NCBI GenBank assembly: GCA_963697355.1
Contig: CAVONV010000023.1
Span: 1,459,780-1,523,779, forward strand
Length of the DNA: 64,000 nt
Direction: 5' to 3'
Source: an uncultured Acidobacteriota bacterium
GTDB taxonomy: Bacteria; Acidobacteriota; Vicinamibacteria; Marinacidobacterales; DATDRI01
Position 1 is the first letter of the stretch, and each line of letters begins with the position of its first letter. Made by a program: the position numbers and the translations under genes. The notes beneath the pieces were generated by a model. That model ran no database searches, was not told where the DNA came from, and saw nothing but the letters and a program-made list of their open reading frames with translations. Below, piece after piece: positions 18,009 to 27,086 of the stretch.

Positions 18009-18243
18009 GACCGTGCTCGATATCGCTCAGCATTTCCTCAATGGGGGCCGTGGGGTAGCTGCAGCGCAGGGCCTTCTCCAAGGCGTCCAGTTTCCCCTCC
18101 TGAGTCGGACCAAGCTGACTTTTCTGGGCACGCCTTAGGGCGCGACGTGCCCACTCGCTCAGAGTCATCCCTTCTCGCTCAGCACATCGCCGAAGCTGCT
18201 CGGCCTCGTCATCGGGAACGATAATCTGAAGGCGCTTACTCAT
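17995..18243 (-). CDS. vapB: Ribbon-helix-helix (CopG/VapB-type) antitoxin
   Basis: MSKRLQIIVPDDEAEQLRRCAEREGMTLSEWARRALR is a typical RHH N-terminus. Confidence 0.75.
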   Translation of the reverse strand: MSKRLQIIVPDDEAEQLRRCAEREGMTLSEWARRALRRAQKSQLGPTQEGKLDALEKALRCSYPTAPIEEMLSDIEHGRDLR

Positions 18244-18321
18244 ACGTATGAGTATACTACAAATAGTGACTAAGGTCATCACTGTTCGGTCGAAGCGTGG
18301 AAAGACTCGGGAGAAGCCGAG

Positions 18322-18372
18322 CTCAAACAAAAAGGAGCTCACCTGCCCGGAGGGAATGGGGCAGGTGAGCTC
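18322..18372 (-). terminator. Rho-independent terminator after the ABC ATPase gene
   Basis: GGAGCTCACCTGCCC (18334-18348) pairs with GGGCAGGTGAGCTC (18359-18372). Minus-strand tail is CTTTTTGTTTG. Confidence 0.6.
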
Positions 18373-18396
18373 TGCTGCCCGCGGTGCGGCCAGTGA

Positions 18397-19098
18397 CTAG
18401 GCGACTTTTACTTTCTCCTCGACGATGCGTCCGTCAAAGAGATTGACCGTGCGGTCGGCGTACTCCGCATATCGAGGGTCGTGCGTGACCATGCAGATCG
18501 TGGCTCCACTCTTGTGTAGTTCGTTGAGCAGTTCCATCACGGCTTCACCGTTGGTCGAGTCCAGGTTGCCCGTCGGCTCATCGGCAAGAAGAATGGAAGG
18601 CTCGCCGCAAACCGCCCGGGCGACGGCCACACGTTGTTGTTGACCCCCGGAGAGCTGAGATGGGTAGTGCTTCATCCGATGTGCCATACCTACTTTCTCG
18701 AGCGCCGCTTGGACTTTCTCTTTGCGTTCCGAGGTGGGCATTCCTCGGTAGGTGAGAGGCAGCTCGACGTTCTCGTAGACCGTCAAGTCACCGATCAAGT
18801 TGAAGGCCTGGAAGATGAAACCGACTTCACGGTTGCGGATCCGAGCACGCTCCGATGTCTTCAGTTCGGCCACCGAACGATCGTTGAGCCAGTAGTTGCC
18901 GTCCGTCGGTGAGTCCAGTAGACCCAAGATCGATAGCAACGTGGACTTACCGCATCCGGATGGCCCCGAGATAGCAATGTACTCACCCCTTTTGACCGTG
19001 AAGTGAATGTCCGACAGTGCATGGGTCTCCACCTCATCGGTGTAGAAAACCTTCTTGAGTCCTTCCATCTTCAACAGTGCATCAGCCGCTTCGGTCAT
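18397..19098 (-). CDS. ABC transporter ATP-binding protein (MacB/LolD/FtsE-type)
   Basis: Walker A GPSGCGKST, signature LSGGQQQRVAVARA, Walker B ILLADEPTGNLD. Confidence 0.9.
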   Translation of the reverse strand: MTEAADALLKMEGLKKVFYTDEVETHALSDIHFTVKRGEYIAISGPSGCGKSTLLSILGLLDSPTDGNYWLNDRSVAELKTSERARIRNREVGFIFQAFNLIGDLTVYENVELPLTYRGMPTSERKEKVQAALEKVGMAHRMKHYPSQLSGGQQQRVAVARAVCGEPSILLADEPTGNLDSTNGEAVMELLNELHKSGATICMVTHDPRYAEYADRTVNLFDGRIVEEKVKVA

Positions 19099-19117
19099 TG
19101 TTGTTAACCCTCCCTAA

Positions 19118-19174
19118 TCTTGATTCTTCCATTCTTGAGTCTTGAGTACTCGAGTACTCGAGTGCTCGAGTACT
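19118..19174. repeat. Octamer-array locus 2 (…TTCTTGAGTCTTGAGTACTCGAGTACTCGAGTGCTCGAGTACT)
   Basis: Direct reading. Fills the gap between the adaptor stop (19180) and the ATPase RBS/start (19098). Confidence 0.85.
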
Positions 19175-19179
19175 ATCTT

Positions 19180-20433
19180 TCAATTCAATCGAATCCTGTC
19201 GTACGCATCCCATGCAGAAGTGTCCGACAAAATAACTTGGTCTCCCTCGAGGAGCCCTTCGACAATTTCAATCGTGTTGACGGAGCTCTTTCCGAGGCGT
19301 ACTTGTATTCGGCTCGCCGTCTCACCATCCTCGGTGAGTCTGAAGAGACCGATGGTGCTTTCCGCTTGTCCATAAGCGGGTCGTCCCACGTGGAGGACGT
19401 CGTCGAGACGCTCGATCTCGATCGTCCCATCCACACTCAAGTCCGGTCGTGCGCCTCTCGGAAGCTCACTGATGAGTGCGACGTCCACGGTGACCGTGCC
19501 TTCCAAAACAGCGGGGTCGACCCGAATGACCTTGCCTTCGATGACACCATTCCGAGTGTCGATACTGGCCTTCTGGCCGACTTCGATGTCCTTGGCTTGG
19601 GTCTCGGCGATTCGAAGCTCCGCTTTGAGCTTATCGGGCCGTGCGACCTTGGCGAGGACGGTTCCTGGAGTGACTTCCTGACCGACTTCGACAGGAACCT
19701 GTTGCAAGACTCCATCGATCCCCGAGCGGACGTCGAGGGCTTGCATTTGATTGAGGCGCAACTGGTAAAGGGCTCGAAACTGATCCACCGATGCCTTCTT
19801 GGCGGCAAGTTGGGCGTCCACCGATTCCGAGGCGATCTCGAGGCGCTTTTGTTCGAGCTCGTTCCTTGTGGCGAGCTCTTGAGCTCGCAATTTGGACCGT
19901 TTCAATATGAGCTCACCAATGAGATTCTCTTGTTGCAGTCTTTCGTCAGCCTGTGCTTGCAGGCGGGCTTGGTCATATTGTGATTTGATTTGCGCCGCCG
20001 AGGCCCGCTGGTCGAGGAGCTGGCTTTCGAGACGGATCTCGAGATCCGTGTACTCGGACTCGACCGCTCTCAACTGGAACTCAGCCTCTTGGGCCGCTTG
20101 TTCTACTTCGGGATTGCTCATTTCGATGATGACGGAATCCGACTTGACGATGGTCCCAGGTAGAATCACGACTTGCTCGACTCGGCCGGCCGTGCGCGAC
20201 GCGATCCATCGAATCTCCTCCGGTTCCAACGTCCCTGGGCCCCGTACCTGACGGAGCATGGAGCCGCGTTTGACGGTATCCATCCACACCGTTGCTCGTT
20301 TGACCGATGGAGCGGCCGGTTCGAGCCGGGATAAGGCAAAGGTGACGCCGGCGATCCCCAGTAGACCGATAACGGCGTAAATCGTTCGACGAATTCTCTT
20401 CTGTCTGGCTACGCCTTCGCGTGGTTTGTCCAT
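19180..20433 (-). CDS. Efflux periplasmic adaptor (HlyD/MacA family)
   Basis: N-terminal TM anchor, long coiled-coil (..EYTDLEIRLESQLLDQRASAAQIKSQYDQARLQAQ..), beta-barrel C-terminal domains. Confidence 0.85.
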   Translation of the reverse strand: MDKPREGVARQKRIRRTIYAVIGLLGIAGVTFALSRLEPAAPSVKRATVWMDTVKRGSMLRQVRGPGTLEPEEIRWIASRTAGRVEQVVILPGTIVKSDSVIIEMSNPEVEQAAQEAEFQLRAVESEYTDLEIRLESQLLDQRASAAQIKSQYDQARLQAQADERLQQENLIGELILKRSKLRAQELATRNELEQKRLEIASESVDAQLAAKKASVDQFRALYQLRLNQMQALDVRSGIDGVLQQVPVEVGQEVTPGTVLAKVARPDKLKAELRIAETQAKDIEVGQKASIDTRNGVIEGKVIRVDPAVLEGTVTVDVALISELPRGARPDLSVDGTIEIERLDDVLHVGRPAYGQAESTIGLFRLTEDGETASRIQVRLGKSSVNTIEIVEGLLEGDQVILSDTSAWDAYDRIRLN

Positions 20434-20876
20434 TTCAACTCCTCCACCATGTGTATATGCGCAAATGACGTGCCATTTGTTCCCTAAAAAGTTGAACTCG
20501 TTGAGTGACCACTACATACATAGACGTAACGGGAGTCCATAAGGTTTGCGGAAATAGATATTTGTCCCGGATCGGGAAGGTCCTTCCCGAAATCGGACAG
20601 CCGAACCTGTTGGTTCGCGAGGCGGGACAGGCTAGTTTGGTGTCAATCCCATCGAGGCTCTAGCGAGCGCACGGGCAAGGATTCGCCTTTTGTCCTCAAA
20701 ATATACGTTGATTTTGCTAAATCAGTTAACAATGCGGCTCGGTTTTGTTCGCTAGTTCGTATTTGTTCGGCACCGCAAATGGCGGACATCACTTCATGAA
20801 TGGGTGTAACATCCCGTTAAAGCTATGTTAACATTGCATTAATATGTGGAGCATGCCTGTCGGGAGGAGGTTCACC

Positions 20877-21365
20877 ATGGCGAGGACGAAAAGGGGCACG
20901 GTGTTGGCGATGCTCGCTGGTCTGACGATTTTGGCGTTCTCGGCCACGGGGACTATCTATGCGGACGAGAAACTCAATCGGAGCATCTACGTGCCCGTCG
21001 AATTCAACTTGAGCGACGAGTTCTCTCTCGCCGTTCTTCTGAAGGACGACGAGGCGCTTCGCTCCTTGCCGGGTCAACAGGTCTTCCAATTCACTTTCTA
21101 CCCTTCGCTCCATCGCCTCGTGCCCGAAACTCAAGAATTCCTCATCAAAGCCTTTCGTGAGGATGGGTCCTCCGTCGATGTCGGGCTGGTCGTGACTCCG
21201 AGCGCCGTCTATATCGGTGAACGATGTATCCAACTCGATATTGAACGCATGCTGAAACTGATGAAAAAACGCGTCGACTATCGATACGAGCCGGTCAAGC
21301 TGAAGATTGCTTGCAGAAATACGGCTGCGGAGAGGAAAGCTGTCGGCGATACCACAAATCCCTAG
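20877..21365 (+). CDS. Secreted hypothetical protein
   Basis: ATG follows GGGAGGAGG. Signal peptide MARTKRGTVLAMLAGLTILAFSATGTIYA. Confidence 0.6.
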   Translation: MARTKRGTVLAMLAGLTILAFSATGTIYADEKLNRSIYVPVEFNLSDEFSLAVLLKDDEALRSLPGQQVFQFTFYPSLHRLVPETQEFLIKAFREDGSSVDVGLVVTPSAVYIGERCIQLDIERMLKLMKKRVDYRYEPVKLKIACRNTAAERKAVGDTTNP

Positions 21366-21423
21366 TCGACAAGCTCAACGGATTTACGAAACACCTCAGT
21401 CGGATACCGCCCCAAAATCCGAC

Positions 21424-24096
21424 TCATTCCATTCTGAGCGCCGTGACGGGGTCCACCTTTGCGGCGCGTGCCGCCGGGATGAAACTGGCAACGATCCCCA
21501 CGACGGCGAGTACCAGCGCCACGGCAACGAATGTCGCGACGTGGGTCGGTGAGGTCTCGTAGAGGAGGCTTTGTAGGAAGCGGGTGAGGCCCAAAGCTCC
21601 AAGGACCCCAAGAGCGGTTCCCACGGCGATGAGAACGAGAGCGTGTCCCAAAATCAGTTGGACCATGTTCCTCGGCCGAGCTCCCATAGCCATCCTCATG
21701 CCGATCTCACGGCTTCGGCGGGTCACAGAATAAGAGATGATGCCATAGATGCCCATGGCAGCAACCAGAAGGGCGATGGTGGCAAACAGACTCAGCAACT
21801 GGGTGCTGAAACGCGTGCCCGCCATGGCCTCGGCCAGGTTCTCATCGAGGGGGGCGGCGGTAGGTACAGGGAGCGTGCTGTCCACGTCCCAAATGGCCTG
21901 GCGTACGGCCGAGGTCATCATCTCGGGTGCTATCTCTGTCTTGATGACCAGCGTCATTTGCGGCCACGGCAGTTGCTCGTGAAAGAAATAGAACATGGGC
22001 GGCGGCTCGGACTCGATTCTCAAATCTCTTATGTCACCTACGACGCCAATCACTTCCACGACGAGTCGCCCAGGACTATTCCACTGCAGACGTTCACCGA
22101 TGGGATCTCGATCCGGCCATAGTTTTCGAGCCAAGTCTGCGCTAATGACGGCAACGAACCGCCTTTCGTCGGCGCTCAGGTTATCGATGCGATCGCGCTC
22201 ATCGAATACGCGTCCTTGAATGAGTGGGATACCCATTGTTTGAAAGTAACCCCGGGTGACCGAGCGCCACTTTATCTGAACGAAATCGTCATCGTCCTGT
22301 ACGCCTTCTGGAGCCACTTGGTTGGAGGGATTGGGTCCTCGGAACGGGTCAATCATGGTTGCTCCGACGGATCGAACGCCAGGAGTCGCCTCGATGTTCT
22401 CCTCCACGTTTCGATAGAAGGCCGCTGCTTCCCGTGACATTTCAGGATACTCGTTGGCCGGGAGCGAAACGGATGCCGTAAGAATGTTCTCCGGGTCGAA
22501 GCCAATGTCGACACCACTCAACTGACGGAAGCTGTTGATGAGCAGCCCCGCCCCGATGAGCAGCATGACTGCGACCGCCACCTCTCCCACGATCAATATG
22601 TCCCTCAGCCTACGAGCGCCGCCCGTCGTGTCCTGATGACCCTCGCGGAGCGAATCGAAGAGATTGCCTCTCGTCACCTGCATGGCAGGTGCAAGCCCGG
22701 AGAGCACACCGGCGGCGAGAGACACCAGTACGGTAAAAACGAGTACGTTAGCGTTGAGAGTGATCTCATCTATCCGCGGAAGGGCATCGGGATTCCAGGT
22801 CCGGACTACCGGAATGGCCCAGTAGGCGAGAAGGAGTCCGGCGGCAGCACCTAGGAACGAATAGAGGACTGACTCTGCGAGGAGTTGGCGAAGTATCCGT
22901 AATCGACCGGCACCTAGGGCGGCCCGAAGCCCAATCTCTCTTTGGCGAGTCGTGGCTTGCGCAATAAGAAGATTCGACACGTTGGCACAAGCGAGAAGCA
23001 GCATCAATCCCACAGCTATTTGTAGTACTAAAGCTGCTTGGCGGACTCGAGGACTGATGATCCACTCGGGGAAGGATAAGAGCGCGACCCCCCAATCCTC
23101 GTTGCTATCGGGGTACTCTTGACCCAACCGTTTGGCAATCGTGCTCAAGTCGGCCCTTGCGTGCTCCAGGGTGACGCCGGGCGCGAGCCGTCCGAACACC
23201 TCGCGACGGTGATCGCCTCGGCTGAAGTTGGGATCCGGAGCAAAGGGGACCCAGACATCTCTCGGTAGCATGAACTGGAAGTCCGCCGGCATGACTCCAA
23301 TCGCGGTCCAGTTTTCACCGTTCAAATGGAACGTCCGACCAACGATGTTGGGATCGGCGCCGAAGCGACGTTCCCAGAGTCCATGACTCATGACGAAGAC
23401 ACGGGCCTCGCTTCCTGGAGCGTCCTCATCCGCTGCAAACGTCCGTCCCAGAAGCGGAGGAGTACCGATGACCTTGAAAAGCGAGCCGGTACAGGCCATG
23501 CCGGTGAATCGTTCGGGCTCGCCCTCTCCGGTGAGCGTGAGCTCGGGAAGCGGGAAGGAGACAGCGGCGAGATCGGTGAAGGAGCTACTTTGTTCACGGA
23601 AATCGAGATAGTTGGGGTCCGATGTGGAGAACCGTTCACCTTGGGGAGTCGTTTCCCAAATGCGAACGAGGCTATCAGGATCCGGGAAGGGAAGAGGCTC
23701 TAGAACCACGGCATTAACGACGCTGAATACGACGGAGTTGGCGGCGATACCGATCCCCAGCGTCAAAACGACGAGAAGCGCCCACGCCGGCGAATGACGT
23801 ATCAGACGCGACGCAAAGAGGAAATCTTGGCCCATTTCTTCCAGCCCATCGCGCCATCTCATTTTTCTGTCCCTTTCTTTGGCGATCTTGCGGCATCGCT
23901 TGTTGACCGCACGCATGTCGCCAAACCGCGCGCGTGCCGCCGCCCTGGCCGCTTCTCGGTCCATTCCCCGTCCAACCAATTCTCGAGTCCGCATCTCGAC
24001 GTGGAAATCGAGCTCGTTCGTGACCTCATCCGAAATGCTTCGCTTCCAAAGCCGCGAGCGCAAATGGTTCTTGAAGTGACTCATGTCGATTGTCAC
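21424..24096 (-). CDS. ADOP-family duplicated FtsX/MacB-like permease with N-terminal permease-prefix domain
   Basis: ~890 aa with two MacB_PCD/FtsX modules. The N-terminal LWKRSISDEVTNELDFHVEMRTRELVGRGMDREAARAAARARFGD is typical of acidobacterial orphan permeases. Confidence 0.9.
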   Translation of the reverse strand: MTIDMSHFKNHLRSRLWKRSISDEVTNELDFHVEMRTRELVGRGMDREAARAAARARFGDMRAVNKRCRKIAKERDRKMRWRDGLEEMGQDFLFASRLIRHSPAWALLVVLTLGIGIAANSVVFSVVNAVVLEPLPFPDPDSLVRIWETTPQGERFSTSDPNYLDFREQSSSFTDLAAVSFPLPELTLTGEGEPERFTGMACTGSLFKVIGTPPLLGRTFAADEDAPGSEARVFVMSHGLWERRFGADPNIVGRTFHLNGENWTAIGVMPADFQFMLPRDVWVPFAPDPNFSRGDHRREVFGRLAPGVTLEHARADLSTIAKRLGQEYPDSNEDWGVALLSFPEWIISPRVRQAALVLQIAVGLMLLLACANVSNLLIAQATTRQREIGLRAALGAGRLRILRQLLAESVLYSFLGAAAGLLLAYWAIPVVRTWNPDALPRIDEITLNANVLVFTVLVSLAAGVLSGLAPAMQVTRGNLFDSLREGHQDTTGGARRLRDILIVGEVAVAVMLLIGAGLLINSFRQLSGVDIGFDPENILTASVSLPANEYPEMSREAAAFYRNVEENIEATPGVRSVGATMIDPFRGPNPSNQVAPEGVQDDDDFVQIKWRSVTRGYFQTMGIPLIQGRVFDERDRIDNLSADERRFVAVISADLARKLWPDRDPIGERLQWNSPGRLVVEVIGVVGDIRDLRIESEPPPMFYFFHEQLPWPQMTLVIKTEIAPEMMTSAVRQAIWDVDSTLPVPTAAPLDENLAEAMAGTRFSTQLLSLFATIALLVAAMGIYGIISYSVTRRSREIGMRMAMGARPRNMVQLILGHALVLIAVGTALGVLGALGLTRFLQSLLYETSPTHVATFVAVALVLAVVGIVASFIPAARAAKVDPVTALRME

Positions 24097-24108
24097 TTTG
24101 TCCGTTCG

Positions 24109-24420
24109 TTAGGCCGGGAGTAGCACCTTCGAAATGGCCGTGCTAAACGCCGACCATTTGTCCACTTCGATGTGGAGCTGCTCCCGTCCCTTTCTCGTCA
24201 ATCGGTAAAATTTGGCCTTTCGGTTGAGCTCGGAGATATCCCACTCCGCCTCAATCCAACCACGTTTCTCCATACGGTAAAGTGCCGGATAGAGCGAGCC
24301 CTCTTCCACTTGGACGACCTCGTTGGTGGTCTCCTCAATCCAACGGGCGATACCGTAGCCATGGAGCCGTCCACGGCTCAACGCTTTGAGAGCCAGCGCG
24401 TCCAGCGTTCCGTGCAGCAT
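24109..24420 (-). CDS. PadR-family transcriptional regulator
   Basis: LHGTLDALALKALSRGRLHGYGIARWIEE...GSLYPALYRMEKRGWIEAEW. Start is uncertain: in-frame ATG at 24420, TTG at 24474, or ATG at 24442 with a +1 shift. Confidence 0.85.
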   Translation of the reverse strand: MLHGTLDALALKALSRGRLHGYGIARWIEETTNEVVQVEEGSLYPALYRMEKRGWIEAEWDISELNRKAKFYRLTRKGREQLHIEVDKWSAFSTAISKVLLPA

Positions 24421-24453
24421 TTCGGGTCGAACGTTTCGCCATCGGGTTTCTCC

Positions 24454-24474
24454 TTGCCTAGATAATCTAGGCAA
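24454..24474. promoter_or_regulatory. Perfect 21-bp palindrome TTGCCTAGAT-A-ATCTAGGCAA (candidate PadR operator)
   Basis: Direct reading. Sits immediately 5' of the AAGGAG RBS of the PadR-ADOP operon. Confidence 0.4.
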
Positions 24475-24647
24475 TCCTACTCGTTCATACGCTCGACGGT
24501 CAAGAAAGGTTCCCGGGAACGGAAAAAGGTGTGCCGCGATGAGGAAAAAAAGGGACCTGATAGGTGAGAAGCCGCAAATGAACCGTAATTCGGGGACCGT
24601 CTTCGATGAATCAGGGATTCACCCGAAACCATGAAGATGCCGAATCT

Positions 24648-24968
24648 TCATGTCTGGATCTTTCGTCTGAAGACGTAGACCGGCTTTTGAACAGGGTCCG
24701 TTGCTTCTATCGACATGGTGTGGTCGTGCTCAACCGTTTCATGAGGAACGATGTGGACGTCTTTTCTGATCTTGCGGATCTCTTCTTCACCGACCGGTTC
24801 TTCATCCATGGAAAGGACATTAGCGACGGAGTGGCCCACATAGATGGCGACTCGTCCCATTTCCGTCGATAGGTTTTGGGTGAGGGATCGGACCAGCCAC
24901 CATTCGGCGGCTATCAGCAATATCACGAGGCCGCCAAGGATTAAGAAGAGCCGGACACGTAAGGACAT
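24648..24968 (-). CDS. Small membrane-anchored protein resembling the N-terminus of a sensor histidine kinase
   Basis: MSLRVRLFLILGGLVILLIAAEWWLVRSL TM anchor followed by ~75 aa. No HAMP or kinase part. May be a gene fragment. Confidence 0.4.
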   Translation of the reverse strand: MSLRVRLFLILGGLVILLIAAEWWLVRSLTQNLSTEMGRVAIYVGHSVANVLSMDEEPVGEEEIRKIRKDVHIVPHETVEHDHTMSIEATDPVQKPVYVFRRKIQT

Positions 24969-25179
24969 GCGGAAACCTCCATCCCGGATTTTAGCAATCC
25001 CTGTGCCAGACAGCAGCTTTTACGTAAAGCTAGTTGTTGGACGAGATTAGGGTCGGAGCTCTGAAGTGGCTGAGGAATCGAGTTCCCCATTTCGGGACTA
25101 ATGCCTCTTGAATTCCTGCTCGAATCACGAACTCTGGAATCTTAAGCTCTGTCCCCACGATAACCGACGCTCTACTAAT

Positions 25180-25224
25180 GAATTCTCGAGTCTCGAGTCT
25201 TGAGTTCTTGAGTACTTGAGTACC
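25180..25224. repeat. Octamer-array locus 3 (GAATTCTCGAGTCTCGAGTCTTGAGTTCTTGAGTACTTGAGTAC)
   Basis: Direct reading. Confidence 0.85.
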
Positions 25225-25276
25225 CGCCTCCGCCGCCAGAATCCTCAACCGGCGGCTACGGCGAGGAGTACTTCGA

Positions 25277-26548
25277 CTATGCCCTTATCTTTCTAAACAC
25301 CTTCCTACAGAAGTCCTCTTCGAACTGCTCGTTGCTCTCGTAGGCGAAGCCAAAAGTGGATCGCCAGAGCTCGGCCTTCTCCATACAAAGGTACATGAAG
25401 ACCTTGCCATGCCACGGTGTGAGAGCCTCGAAGGCGGCGGAGAACATTTCCTGCTTGATCGGTTCAGGATAGGACAGCTTACCCTTGGCACCGGGCACCA
25501 AATCCATCTGCAGCATCTTGGTGGGACGCGCTCGACGACGTATGGCTTGGATGACGGGCTTGATGAATGTGACCGACCCGAACGAAACAAAGGCGACCTC
25601 GTTCGGTTGAAACTGCCGAAGAAGCTCTCCGGTAACCTCGAGGTAGTCCCGTTTCCAGTTTTCATAGAAGACGAGCGGATGAAAATGAAAGGCCACTTTG
25701 ATTCCACGATCCGCCACCCGGCGAGCCGCAGATAGTCGTTCATCCAAGGACGCCGTGAAGTGCTCCTCGTTCTCGATGATCGTGGGACTGTTCAGAGACC
25801 AACTGGGGACTATGTTCGGCGGGATGTCTCTTTCGAGCAAGTAAGCCACGTTCTTCGACTTGGTCTTGAGCTCCAACAAGACGTTGGGACGCTCTTCGGC
25901 AAAATCACGAAGTGCATCCAGCAGTCCGTGCCGGTTTCCCCACATCATCGCATCGGACGATTGACCGGTGCCCAAGTGGATCAACCGTTTCGAATCGAGC
26001 TCGATGCTCTTCAGCTTCTCTTTGAGACCCGCGTCTATGACGACGCTGTCGTCATAGAAGGTCTGAATCGTGCAGTAGCTGCACCCAAAACCGCAGTTTT
26101 CCACGGCATCGATGGTTCTCAAATTGCAGCAGACGGTCTCTTCGGACGCCACAGGGCACATCCCGACGACGTTTTTTTTGAAGATCTCGTCCTTGACATG
26201 CAGGTGATGGGACTCTGGTTTTGGGAGTCCGCCAAAGGGGTAGGTTTTCTCGGCACCGCGAAGAGACTGTAGCCAGTCGTCCAAACGCCGGAGCAGTGTT
26301 TTCTTTGCAGCCCGGCCCCGGCCTTCGATGGTATCCTCTTCCCGTTCCCACCATGACATCAGAGAACGCTCGCCCCACATCTCGAGGTCGAGAGCGGCTT
26401 CTGAGACGAGCCTCAACTCCTGGAACGTGAATCGGTACCTGCGCGCCCGGTCGAGAAAGAACTCCTGCTGGTCCGGGCCGAGACGATTGAGTAAGGTCCG
26501 CTCTCGGTGGACCGCCAGTTTTTCTTCGTAGCTCTTCTGGGTTGCCAT
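25277..26548 (-). CDS. Spore-photoproduct-lyase-like radical SAM protein (COG1533-type)
   Basis: CGFGCSYC (CxxxCxxC) cluster motif. Overall resemblance to the SplB-like family. Start at MATQKSY; the upstream 147 codons of the ORF look non-coding. Confidence 0.75.
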   Translation of the reverse strand: MATQKSYEEKLAVHRERTLLNRLGPDQQEFFLDRARRYRFTFQELRLVSEAALDLEMWGERSLMSWWEREEDTIEGRGRAAKKTLLRRLDDWLQSLRGAEKTYPFGGLPKPESHHLHVKDEIFKKNVVGMCPVASEETVCCNLRTIDAVENCGFGCSYCTIQTFYDDSVVIDAGLKEKLKSIELDSKRLIHLGTGQSSDAMMWGNRHGLLDALRDFAEERPNVLLELKTKSKNVAYLLERDIPPNIVPSWSLNSPTIIENEEHFTASLDERLSAARRVADRGIKVAFHFHPLVFYENWKRDYLEVTGELLRQFQPNEVAFVSFGSVTFIKPVIQAIRRRARPTKMLQMDLVPGAKGKLSYPEPIKQEMFSAAFEALTPWHGKVFMYLCMEKAELWRSTFGFAYESNEQFEEDFCRKVFRKIRA

Positions 26549-26822
26549 ATCTGGTCCTACGTGCCCCGATTCATAGCTACGGTCACGAAACGACCGAGAA
26601 CGCCGATCCATCCCGTCTGGCTGTGTTGCTCGTCGGTCATATATCCAGATATTATTCACTCCTCCAGCCTTCGCCAAGGCTACGGCTAGGCCTCGCCGAA
26701 GCGCGAGCGGAGGCTGGCGCGCCTTGCCAGCCGGGCGCCTCGACGTTCTCGGTTCGTGACCGTAATTGTGAACCAGGGCACTAAGTGAAAGTATAGCCCA
26801 ACCTTGGGAAGGCGGCGGATGA

Positions 26823-27086
26823 TGCGGGTGCGAAATCTTACAGTCCTTCAACGACATGAGGCGGCGTCTCACGACACTGCAGGGAGGGCTCATCCGCTCC
26901 GAAAGGCTTGCGTCGATGGGGAAACTGGCTGCCGGCGTAGCGCACCAGATCAACAACCCTCGCATCGTCGAGCAACACGGTGGGGTCATCGAGGTGGAAA
27001 GCGAAGTGGGGAAGGGGGCTCGGTTCCGAGTCGTTCTCCCGCTGAGTGGGAAGCAGTTCGACGAAGAGGTGTCTAGTGATGGGTAA
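26823..27086 (+). pseudogene. Histidine-kinase remnant: HAMP tail + HisKA H-box joined directly to the extreme C-terminus of HATPase_c
   Basis: EILQSFNDMRRRL / LIRSERLASMGKLAAGVAHQINNP is followed directly by RIVEQHGGVIEVESEVGKGARFRVVLPL. The N, G1 and F boxes are missing. The stop overlaps the regulator ATG (ATGGGTAA). Confidence 0.6.

Noticed and set aside
19120-19983. 287-aa plus-strand ORF opposite the HlyD-family adaptor
   Set aside because: It is antisense to a strongly supported coiled-coil adaptor gene. It also starts inside the octamer array.
20760-20790. Sigma-54 promoter near GGCACCGCAAATGGC
   Set aside because: It does not fit TGGCAC-N5-TTGC in spacing or in the -12 element.
21398-21424. 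Bidirectional terminator between 21365 and 21424
   Set aside because: An 8-bp stem (AGTCGGAT/ATCCGACT) with an 11-nt loop exists, but it has no U-tract and it overlaps the ADOP stop codon. It is too weak to call.
25277-26989. Full 570-aa version of the radical SAM ORF
   Set aside because: The first 147 codons (..PPCCSTMRGLLIW..HPHHPPPSQG..) look non-coding and lack an RBS. Homology-like sequence begins at MATQKSY (26548).
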